From positions 1-33,792 of the forward strand of contig CAMKAE010000001.1 of the NCBI GenBank assembly GCA_946410395.1: DNA of 33,792 nucleotides. The letters run 5' to 3'. Positions 1-7,900 of the stretch are shown here, piece by piece (positions within the stretch are counted from its first letter, which is position 1; each line of letters begins with the position of its first letter). The notes beneath the pieces were generated by a model. That model searched no databases, was not told where the DNA came from, and saw nothing but the letters and a program-made list of their open reading frames with translations. This DNA comes from an uncultured Clostridia bacterium. Lineage in GTDB: Bacteria > Bacillota > Clostridia > Christensenellales > Aristaeellaceae. Both the position numbers and the translations under genes were made by a program.

Positions 1-1
1 T

Positions 2-117
2 AAACCCTTGTCTCCCCTGAAAGGGGAGATGTCGCCGCAGCGACAGAGGGGTTTGCGCAAAGGCAAACCATACGACTGAACGGTTACCTCTCATGAGTAC
101 CGTTCCAACCCATTTTT
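2..117 (+). promoter_or_regulatory. Structured leader upstream of the oxidoreductase gene: three-way-junction-like fold plus two further hairpins. Class unknown and possibly truncated by the window edge.
   Basis: P1 AAACCCTT (2-9) pairs with AGGGGTTT (47-54). Hairpin TCTCCCCT-GAA-AGGGGAGA lies at 11-29 and hairpin GTCGC-CGCA-GCGAC at 31-44. An alternative hairpin GGTTTGC-GCAAAG-GCAAACC (50-69) overlaps the P1 3' strand. Hairpin GAACGGT...ACCGTTC (78-105) is followed by TTTTT (113-117). Confidence 0.3.
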
Positions 118-144
118 GCTGACCCGAAAGAAGGAGAGAAGCCC

Positions 145-1326
145 ATGAAAATCGAGAAGATCCGGACAGCCGTCGTCGGCTGCGGCATGATCAGCAACAT
201 CTACATCCGGAACCTGTCCCGGATGTTTGCCATCATCGATCTGACCACCCTGTGCGACGTGAATCCCGCGGCGGCGAAGGAGAAGGCGGAGACCTACGGC
301 ATTCCCCGCACCATGAGCATCGACGAGGTGGCCGCTGCCCCGGACATCGACCTGGTGGTGTGCCTGACAGGCCCCGCGGTGCACGAGAGCGTGATCCGGA
401 AGATGCTGGAGGCCGGCAAGCACGTCTACACCGAGAAGATGTTCACCACAGACCTGGCCGCGAGCCGGGCGCTGGTGAAGCTGGCGGACGAGAAGGGCCT
501 GTACCTGGGCGTGGCGCCGGACACGGTGCTGGGCGCCGGCATCCAGACCGCCCGCTGCCTGATTGACCGGGGCATGATCGGCGACGTTACCTCAGCGCTG
601 CTGACCATCAACCGCAACCAGGTGCTGAACTCCGAGTACTTCCGCTTCCTGCGCGGCCCGGGCGGCACCCTGCCCTACGACGTGGGCGTGTACTACATCG
701 GCGCGGCCATCGCCCTGCTGGGCTCGGTCACGGCCATCGCCGCCTTCGGCAATCCCGCGCCCCTGCACGCGCCGGAGGTGCTCTACGCCAACGCGGAGGC
801 GGAACCCTGGCAGATCCCGGGGAACAACACCGTGGCCGCGTCCCTGCGCTTCGCGAACGGGGCGGTGGGCTCGGTGCTCTTCGACGGCAACACCGTGGCC
901 GCGGAGCAGCACGCCATCACGATCTACGGAACGAAGGGCATCCTGAAGGTGGGGGATCCCAACACCTTCAACGGCGAGGTGACCCTGATCCTCCCGGAGA
1001 ACGCGCCGGTGAAGATGCCCTTTACCCACGGTTACGACGGCGTCAACCGGCTGGGCGATTTCCCCTTTGCGCACTATGGCGACCGCGGCATCGGCGTGGC
1101 GGAGATGGCCTGGGCCATCCGCAAGGGCCGCAAAAACAACCGCTGCAGCAAGGAGTTTGGCCTGCACTGCCAGGAGGTGCTGCAGGGCATGGACATCGCG
1201 GCGCAGACCGGCAGCGTGTACGTCCCCGAATCCTCCTGCGTCATGGAGGGCCTGAAGCCCGGCTTCTACTCCTCCATGTTCGGCGGCACCGCCCGCGGGG
1301 ACGCGGAATACTCGCTGATGGACTGA
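145..1326 (+). CDS. Gfo/Idh/MocA family NAD(P)-dependent oxidoreductase
   Basis: 393-aa ORF with an N-terminal Rossmann motif (TAVVGCGMISNIY). GGAGAG RBS about 6-8 nt upstream of ATG 145. GC3-rich codons. Confidence 0.85.
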   Translation: MKIEKIRTAVVGCGMISNIYIRNLSRMFAIIDLTTLCDVNPAAAKEKAETYGIPRTMSIDEVAAAPDIDLVVCLTGPAVHESVIRKMLEAGKHVYTEKMFTTDLAASRALVKLADEKGLYLGVAPDTVLGAGIQTARCLIDRGMIGDVTSALLTINRNQVLNSEYFRFLRGPGGTLPYDVGVYYIGAAIALLGSVTAIAAFGNPAPLHAPEVLYANAEAEPWQIPGNNTVAASLRFANGAVGSVLFDGNTVAAEQHAITIYGTKGILKVGDPNTFNGEVTLILPENAPVKMPFTHGYDGVNRLGDFPFAHYGDRGIGVAEMAWAIRKGRKNNRCSKEFGLHCQEVLQGMDIAAQTGSVYVPESSCVMEGLKPGFYSSMFGGTARGDAEYSLMD

Positions 1327-1334
1327 CCGAATGG

Positions 1335-1372
1335 AAAAAGCCTGACGGGGCATGACCTCCGTCAGGTTTTTT
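1335..1372 (+). terminator. Intrinsic terminator after the oxidoreductase gene (A-run upstream, so possibly bidirectional)
   Basis: Stem CCTGACGG (1341-1348) / CCGTCAGG (1359-1366) followed by TTTTTT (1367-1372). Confidence 0.8.
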
Positions 1373-1434
1373 GCTTGCTTACATGATTCGATAGATAAGC
1401 TTTACAAATCAAGAAACGGTATGTGCCCGAAGGT

Positions 1435-1477
1435 CCAGGGCGATCGGAAAGCCCTGGTCGCGGTCCGCAGACCGCGA
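1435..1477. other. Two abutting GC-rich hairpins downstream of the aconitase stop (REP-like or weak terminator)
   Basis: CCAGGGC (1435-1441) / GCCCTGG (1451-1457) is immediately followed by TCGCGGT (1458-1464) / ACCGCGA (1471-1477). There is no adjacent U-run on the minus strand. Confidence 0.3.
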
Positions 1478-1519
1478 AAACCCTCTTCTGTCATTTGATC
1501 AGCTTAACCGGGACAGGCA

Positions 1520-3457
1520 TCAGTTTGCGGTTTCGCGGCTGTAGTTCAGCAGGCCGCCGGCCAGCAGCATGCCGCGCTGGCGCTCCGTCAGGGGGAGCCG
1601 GGCGGTGAAGGTCCGGCCGGAGGTCTCGTCCGCGATGGTGATCTCCTCCGACCCCGCGGCGATCGCGGCGCGGATGCCGGGCAGGGACAGGATGTCCCCC
1701 TGGGCCACGCTGTCATAGTCCGCCTCATCGGCGAAGGTCAGGGGCAGGATGCCGTTGTTGATCAGGTTGTCGCGGTGAATCCGGGCGAAGGACTTGGCGA
1801 TCACGGCCCGGATGCCCAGATAGAGCGGCACCAGGGCAGCGTGCTCGCGGCTCGATCCCTGGCCGTAGTTGGCGCCGGCCACCAGGATGCCGCCGCCGGC
1901 GGCCTTGGCCCGGGCCGGGAAGGTCTCGTCCACCGGGGACAGACAGTAGTCGCTCAGGTGCGGGATGTTGGAGCGGTAGGGGAGCAGCTTGGCGTTGGAG
2001 GGCATGATGTGGTCAGTCGTGATGTTGTCCTCCATCTTGAGCAGCACCGCGCCGCTCACATCCTCCGCCAGGGCTTTGCCGATCGGGAAGGGCTTGATGT
2101 TGGGGCCCCGGACCACCTCCACGGTGTCCTCCTGCCCGGGCTCCGCCGGCGGGATCACGAGGTTGTCGTTGATCAGGAATTCCTCCGGCAGTTTCACGGT
2201 CAGGTCCGTGTCCAGGGTGCGGGGGTCCGTTAACACGCCGGCCAGGGCCGTGGCGGCGGCGGTCTCGCAGGAGACCAGGAAGATGCCGGCGGACGCGGTT
2301 CCCGAGCGGGCGTAGAAATTGCGGTTGTTGGTACGGACGCTGACGGCGCCGGTGCAGGGGCTCTGGCCCATGCCGATGCAGGGCCCGCAGGCGGTCTCCA
2401 GGATCCGCGCGCCGGCGTCGATCATGTCCGCCAGGGCGCCGTTGCGGGCCAGCATGGACAGCACCTGCCGGCTGCCGGGGCCGATGACCAGGCTCACGTC
2501 CGGGTGGACCCGCTTGCCCTTCAGGATCGCGGCGGCGCGCATCATGTCCTGGTAGGAGGAGTTGGTGCAGGAGCCGATGAAGACCTGGTCCACCTTCAGG
2601 GGGCCGGCCTCCGCCACGGTCTTGACGTTGTCAGGCATGTGGGGCAGGGCGACCATGGGCACCAGTTCGCTCAGGTTGACGGTCAGCTCCTCGTCATAGA
2701 TGGCGCCGGGGTCCGCGGCCAGGGGCGTGAAATCCGCTTCCCGGCGCTGGGCCTTCAGGAAGGCCCGGGTGGCCTCGTCCGAGGGGAAGACCGAGGTGGT
2801 CGCGCCCAGCTCCGCGCCCATGTTGGCGATGGTGGCGCGCTCCGGCACGGTCAGGGTGGCCACGCCGTCGCCCACGTATTCCATCACCTTGCCCACGCCG
2901 CCCTTGACGCTCAGGCGGCGGAGGATCTCCAGGATGATGTCCTTGGCCGCCACGCCCTTCTGCAGCCGGCCGGTGAGGCGCACAGCCACCACCTTGGGGC
3001 AGATCATGTGATAGGCGCCGCTGCCCATGGCCACGGCCACGTCCAGGCCGCCGGCCCCGATGGCGATCATGCCGATGCCGCCGCCGGTGGGCGTGTGGCT
3101 GTCGGAGCCCAGCAGGGTCCAGCCGGGCACCCCGTAGCGCTCGACCTGCACCTGATGGCAGATGCCGTTGCCGGGCTTGGAGCACCAGATGCCGTGCTTT
3201 TTGGCCACGGTCTGGATGTACTTGTGGTCGTCGGCGTTCTCAAACCCCGTCTGCAGGGTGTTGTGATCGATGTAGGCCAGGGATTTTTTGGTCTTCACCC
3301 GGTCCACGCCCATGGCCTCGAACTGCAGGTAGGCCATGGTGCCGGTGGAGTCCTGCGTCAGGGTCTGGTCAATGCGGATCGCGATCTCCTCGCCGGGGAT
3401 CAGCTTGCCGGAGAGCAGGTGCGCGGACAGGATTTTATGGGTCAGATTCATCGCCAT
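1520..3457 (-). CDS. Aconitate hydratase (single-polypeptide ~645-aa aconitase-family enzyme)
   Basis: Fe-S ligand motifs IGSCTNSS and ACGPCIGMG. N-terminus MAMNLTHKILSAHL...IDQTLTQDSTG is typical of this family. I moved the start to the ATG at 3457 because GAGGAGGG lies about 9 nt upstream of it. The 13 extra codons in the ORF track lack an RBS. Confidence 0.85.
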   Translation of the reverse strand: MAMNLTHKILSAHLLSGKLIPGEEIAIRIDQTLTQDSTGTMAYLQFEAMGVDRVKTKKSLAYIDHNTLQTGFENADDHKYIQTVAKKHGIWCSKPGNGICHQVQVERYGVPGWTLLGSDSHTPTGGGIGMIAIGAGGLDVAVAMGSGAYHMICPKVVAVRLTGRLQKGVAAKDIILEILRRLSVKGGVGKVMEYVGDGVATLTVPERATIANMGAELGATTSVFPSDEATRAFLKAQRREADFTPLAADPGAIYDEELTVNLSELVPMVALPHMPDNVKTVAEAGPLKVDQVFIGSCTNSSYQDMMRAAAILKGKRVHPDVSLVIGPGSRQVLSMLARNGALADMIDAGARILETACGPCIGMGQSPCTGAVSVRTNNRNFYARSGTASAGIFLVSCETAAATALAGVLTDPRTLDTDLTVKLPEEFLINDNLVIPPAEPGQEDTVEVVRGPNIKPFPIGKALAEDVSGAVLLKMEDNITTDHIMPSNAKLLPYRSNIPHLSDYCLSPVDETFPARAKAAGGGILVAGANYGQGSSREHAALVPLYLGIRAVIAKSFARIHRDNLINNGILPLTFADEADYDSVAQGDILSLPGIRAAIAAGSEEITIADETSGRTFTARLPLTERQRGMLLAGGLLNYSRETAN

Positions 3458-3491
3458 TGGGGGTGTCCCTCCTCGGTGTTCATTCCAGGTC

Positions 3492-3521
3492 ATCATAGCC
3501 CCTGGGAGCGCGCCGCGTCAA
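3492..3521 (-). promoter_or_regulatory. Sigma-70-like promoter for the aconitase gene
   Basis: Minus strand reads TTGACG (3521-3516), 18-nt spacer, TATGAT (3497-3492). Confidence 0.4.
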
Positions 3522-3634
3522 CCGAAAGGCGGAAAAAGAACACGAAAGATACGAAAGCGGATCGCGCTGACCGGACCAGAGAAATCTTTTTGTAACAAAT
3601 CTGCAAATTTTCCGAAAAATCTGCCGCGCTTGCC

Positions 3635-3663
3635 TTGTGAGAGCGACTGCTTTGGGGTATAAT
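3635..3663 (+). promoter_or_regulatory. Sigma-70-like promoter for the 3709-9604 gene pair
   Basis: TTGTGA (3635-3640), 17-nt spacer, TATAAT (3658-3663). Confidence 0.45.
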
Positions 3664-3708
3664 AAAAGGGAATGCGTATGCCCGGATTTCCGGGCGGGAG
3701 GAGTGCTT

Positions 3709-4911
3709 ATGAACATGAAGCCGATGAAACGGTTTGCGCTGCTGCTGGCCGCTGCGGTGCTGGCGATGACCTGGACCCTGCCTGCGCTGGCCGCGGATAC
3801 CGGGGCGGACCCGCTGACCCTGCAGGAACTTCGGGAATGGGCGGCGTCGCTGGAGCAGGCGGCGGAGACGTCGACGCTCTATAACGACCCGTCGGATCCC
3901 CTCTATCACACCGACGAGGGGTATGCGTTCATCTATGACTTCGGCACGCTGTATTACAGCAAGCCCGAGCGCACGGCGGACGCGGTGCTGCTCGAGGCGG
4001 TGGTCTATGACGAGGAGACCGCCGGCCCGCGGGGAATCAACACCGTGATGACGCTCAATGACCTGCTCGGCACCTTCTACTGCGAGAATCCTTCCCTGAC
4101 CGGCAGCTACACCGAGGCGGTGGTGTACTTTGGGGACGCGCTTCCCGAGGCGCTCAACTGGGGCCTGGTGCAGCGCAACGGCCAGTGGGTGGGCTCGGTG
4201 GAGTATGCGGTGCACGAGCGTGTGGCCGAGAACGTGTACACAGACTGCGGCCTGGTCTGCACGATCCAGCAGGGCACCGTGGTGGCCATCCGGGCTTACG
4301 GGCTGGACCAGACCATCACGGGCGATGCGCTGGAGGAGGCGCGGAGCGTGCTGCTGGAGAGCCTGGCCCACACCGAGTACGCGATGGTGCCCACCTCCGA
4401 GGACGGCGCCGCGCTGCTGCCCTTCGACACGGAGGACCTGTCCTTCCTGGGCATTGACTTCCTGTCCTGCACGCCGGAGGATGCCATCGCCGCCCTGGGC
4501 ACCCCGGACGCGGACGACCTGGCCGGCACCGAGGAGCGGACAATGCGGACCATGAGCTTCCGGGGCTGCGAGTTCGTATTCCTCTCCGACGCGAGCGGCA
4601 AGCCCGTGCTGACGCTGGTTTCCATCGATGACGACACGGTGGAGGGCCCCCGCGCCCTTCGGGTGGGCGACAGCCTGGCGATGGCCGGCCGGCGCTTCCG
4701 CTTCGGCGAGGGCGCCTTTGACGAGGCGAGCGGCACCGAGGTGCTCTACGGCAGCGAGGAGAGCGGCCGCTGGGGCGTCGCGGAGTACGGCGAGGACGGC
4801 TCCGCGGTGATCCGCTACGGCCTGACCCTGCCCGAGGGCGGCAAGGTGGTGCTGATGGCCTCCTTCGAGATGCTGGAGCTGACCAACATCATGGTATACA
4901 CGGCCCCCTGA
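3709..4911 (+). CDS. Secreted hypothetical protein (~400 aa) with a Sec signal peptide
   Basis: Start moved to ATG 3709, with GGGAGGAG 6-8 nt upstream. N-terminus MNMKPMKRFALLLAAAVLAMTWTLPALA/AD has the n-h-c layout of a signal peptide. I recognise no family motif. It ends 25 nt before the next gene. Confidence 0.7.
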   Translation: MNMKPMKRFALLLAAAVLAMTWTLPALAADTGADPLTLQELREWAASLEQAAETSTLYNDPSDPLYHTDEGYAFIYDFGTLYYSKPERTADAVLLEAVVYDEETAGPRGINTVMTLNDLLGTFYCENPSLTGSYTEAVVYFGDALPEALNWGLVQRNGQWVGSVEYAVHERVAENVYTDCGLVCTIQQGTVVAIRAYGLDQTITGDALEEARSVLLESLAHTEYAMVPTSEDGAALLPFDTEDLSFLGIDFLSCTPEDAIAALGTPDADDLAGTEERTMRTMSFRGCEFVFLSDASGKPVLTLVSIDDDTVEGPRALRVGDSLAMAGRRFRFGEGAFDEASGTEVLYGSEESGRWGVAEYGEDGSAVIRYGLTLPEGGKVVLMASFEMLELTNIMVYTAP

Positions 4912-4936
4912 CAAGCTTCCGGGAGAGTGAAAAGGC

Positions 4937-7900
4937 ATGAGAATCGATCTGCAATGTCCCGTGGAGGTCTGGCGCTGCATCCTGCCGGATGAGCCCAAGG
5001 AGCCCTGCGAGCTGATCCTGTTCAACCTGGGGGATAAGGTGATCGTCTCCGTGGAGGTCACCATGATCCTGACGGACGAGCACGGGTCGGAGATCTCGCG
5101 GGTTGTTGAGCGCGCCCATGACATGAACGGGCAGCCCGGCGAGAACTTCAGCATGCTGATGGAGCTCCCGGACAGCATGGTCAAGGCGGGGGTGACCCGG
5201 CTGGAGGTCATGGTGGAGAAGGCCTGGTTCGAGGACGGGATCGTCTGGCGCAAGGCCCGGGGCAGTCTGATCGAGTACACCACCAACGCCCTGCCCAGGG
5301 GCCGAAGCCTCAGCAAACTGCGCTACATTGCGGGCCCGGATGCCATCGGCTTCCCGGAGCGGCAGGGCACCTCCCTCTGGCTGTGCGTATGCGGCAGGCC
5401 GAACCATGTCAACCAGGCCAAGTGCGCGCGCTGCGGCCGCAGCCAGGACGAGATCTTCCGCACCTGCAGCCGCGAGGCGGTGGAGAAGGCCATGACCGGC
5501 CAGGAGACCCGCCTGAGCCAGACGGCCCGGAGTGCCACCCGCCTGGGCTCCGGCGACACACGCGACTTCATCGCACGCAAAAAGCGCAGAGGCGGCGGAA
5601 CGGCGGTTCTGATCCTGCTGGTCCTGGCCCTGGCGGCCGGCAGCGCGGTGGCCTACACCCGCCTGCTCCGGCCATACCTGGATTACCGCCAGGCGGTGCG
5701 CTGGAAAGAGGAGGGCGAATACGGCAAGGCGGAGACGGCCTTCCGGGACATGATCGGGTACAAGGATAGCGGCGATCAGCTGACGCAGACCCGGTACCTG
5801 GCGGCTGAGCAGAAAAAGAAAGACGGGAAGTACGCAGAGGCCGCCGCCGCTTTCCGGATGCTGGAGACCTACCGCGACAGCACGGAACAGGCCGTGGCCT
5901 GCGACTATTTGTATGCGGATGCGCTGCTGCAGGAGGGCAAGACCGGCGAAGCCCGGAGCGCCTTTGAGGAACTGGCTGCGCTGGACTATGGCGACAGCGC
6001 GGACCGCGTCCGCGAATGCGACTATCAGAAGGCGGAGGAACTCCGGGCGGGAAGCCGCTGGGAGGACGCCGCCCTGGCCTATGAAGCCCTCGGCGACTTT
6101 GGGGACAGCGCGGACAAGGCCCGGGACTGCCGTTACCGGCAGGCAGGCCGGCTGCTGGAGGCAGGCCGGTGGGAGGAGGCTTACACCGCCTACGGAGCCC
6201 TCGGCGATTATCTGGAGAGCGCCACCCTCAAGCTGGAAGCCCTCTACCGGCCGGGCGTGCAGGCGCTGACGGGTGAGACGCCGGACGATGCGGCGGCTCT
6301 GGAATGGCTGACAAGGGAAGAACTGGACGATTACAAGGACACGAAGGCCCTGCGCGAGCAAGCCTGGTACCTGAGAGGACAGAACCTGCTGGCCGGAGGC
6401 GAAACGGAGGAGGCGGGCAGCGCCTTCCGCCAGGCCGGCAGCTATCTGGACGCGGAGGAGCAGGTCGCGGAATGCCTGTACCGCCCGGCGCTGGAGGCGA
6501 TGGAGCGCGGCGAGTGGCTGACGGCCGCGGAGCACTTTGCGCGCCTGCAGGGGTACAAGGACGCGGACGAACTATGGAAGGAATGCTACTATCAGGCGGC
6601 TGTGGAGAAGACCGGGGAAGCGGCGCTGAGCATGGAGGCGCAGGCCTGGGAGGAGGCGCAGAACGCCTGGGAAGAAGCTGCGGAGCTCCTCCGGAAGGTG
6701 CCCGGCTACGCGGATGCGGACAGCCAGACCCTCACCTGCGTGTTCAACACGGCCCGGGCCTGTGCGGAGCAGGGCGACTATGTCCGGACGCTTGCGCTGA
6801 TCGCCGGGCTGCCGGAGGACTATGAAGGCGCTGCGGAACTGGCCGACGCCTGCGTCTACCAGAGTGCCCTGGACGCGTTTGAGCGGGAGGAGTATGGCAC
6901 GGCGGCCGCGTCCTTTGAGAGTCTGGGCGACTACCGCGACAGCGCCGCGCAGGCGCAGAAGGCCCACTATGCCGAGGCGGGAGCCTGTTGGGCGGACGGA
7001 GACTACGCCTCCGCCTGGGAACTCTACAGCGCGCTGGGGGACTTTGCGGACAGCCAGGCCCTGGCACTCCGGGCCCGCTACGCGCAGGCGCAGGCCCTGG
7101 AGACCGCGGGCGTGTACGCTGACGCCGCCGCGATCTACAAGGAACTGGGAACCTATGAAAACAGCAACGTGCGCTACGAGGCCGTGATGCTCTCCCGGGG
7201 CGATGAGCTGCTGGCACAGGGCCAGTACACCGCCGCACGGGAAGCCTTTGCGGCTCTGGAGAACAACGACGAAGCCAAGGAGCGGATCAAGGCCTGCGAT
7301 TACGCCAAGGCGGAGGCCATGGCGGAGGAGGGCAACCGGGAGGCCGCTGCGGATCTGTTCACGTCCCTGGCGGACTACAGCGATGCCGCGGACCGCGCAA
7401 GCCGGCTCTGGTATGAACTGGCCGGGGAGGCACAGGCGGCCGGGAACCTGACCCAGGCCGCGGCGCTCTACGGCCGGATCCCGGGCTACGCGGACAGCGA
7501 TGCGAAACTGGCGGAGATCCGGGACGATGTGCTGGAGGACGAGATCTACGGCGTCCCGGCGCAGCAGGCGCAGGCGGCGCTGGACGCCGGAGACGCGGCG
7601 GGCGCCGCGGCCCTGCTCGACAGCCTGAATTACAGCGCGCTGCCGGAGCGTTATGCCCATGTCCGGGACCTCTATGTCCAGGCCTGCTATACCGAGGGAA
7701 AGCGCCTGTACGATGCGGGGGACAGGCAGGCTGCCTACCCTTACCTGCAGCGCTGCGCCGGCTACGCGGACACGGACAGCCTGATGGCGGCCGAAACCGC
7801 CTGGCGCATGCTGGGCACCTGGCGGGATGACACCCGCATTCTGGTGTTCCGCCGGGACGGCAGCTTCTCCATGGGCAACGACGAGGGCAGATGGCGGCTG

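Noticed and set aside
2-54. Hammerhead or another small self-cleaving ribozyme, given the three-way junction
   Set aside because: The conserved CUGAUGA and GAAA core strands are not present at the junction. CUGAAAG occurs only as a hairpin loop.
3458-3708. Rex operator (TTGTGAA-N4-TTCACAA type) in this and other intergenic regions
   Set aside because: I saw only isolated half-sites (TTGTGA at 3635 and TTGTGAAAAAATGTG at ~17391) with no matching inverted half. No supported Rex box was found.
3493-6535. Long minus-strand ORFs (3493-5316, 4889-6535; likewise 6572-7660 and 8102-9334) opposite the 3709-9604 genes
   Set aside because: Their composition is Arg/Ala/Gly/Leu-rich and they have no RBS. 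They overlap plus-strand frames that show a signal peptide, zinc ribbon, TM helix and periodic repeats. I treat them as high-GC antisense artefacts. The same reasoning applies to 592-1353, 2504-3595, 9665-10363, 10766-12163, 12194-13273, 13155-14582, 16558-17649, 20868-21935, 21448-22530, 22313-23302, 27745-28564, 29031-30751, 30490-31431 and 31699-32784.
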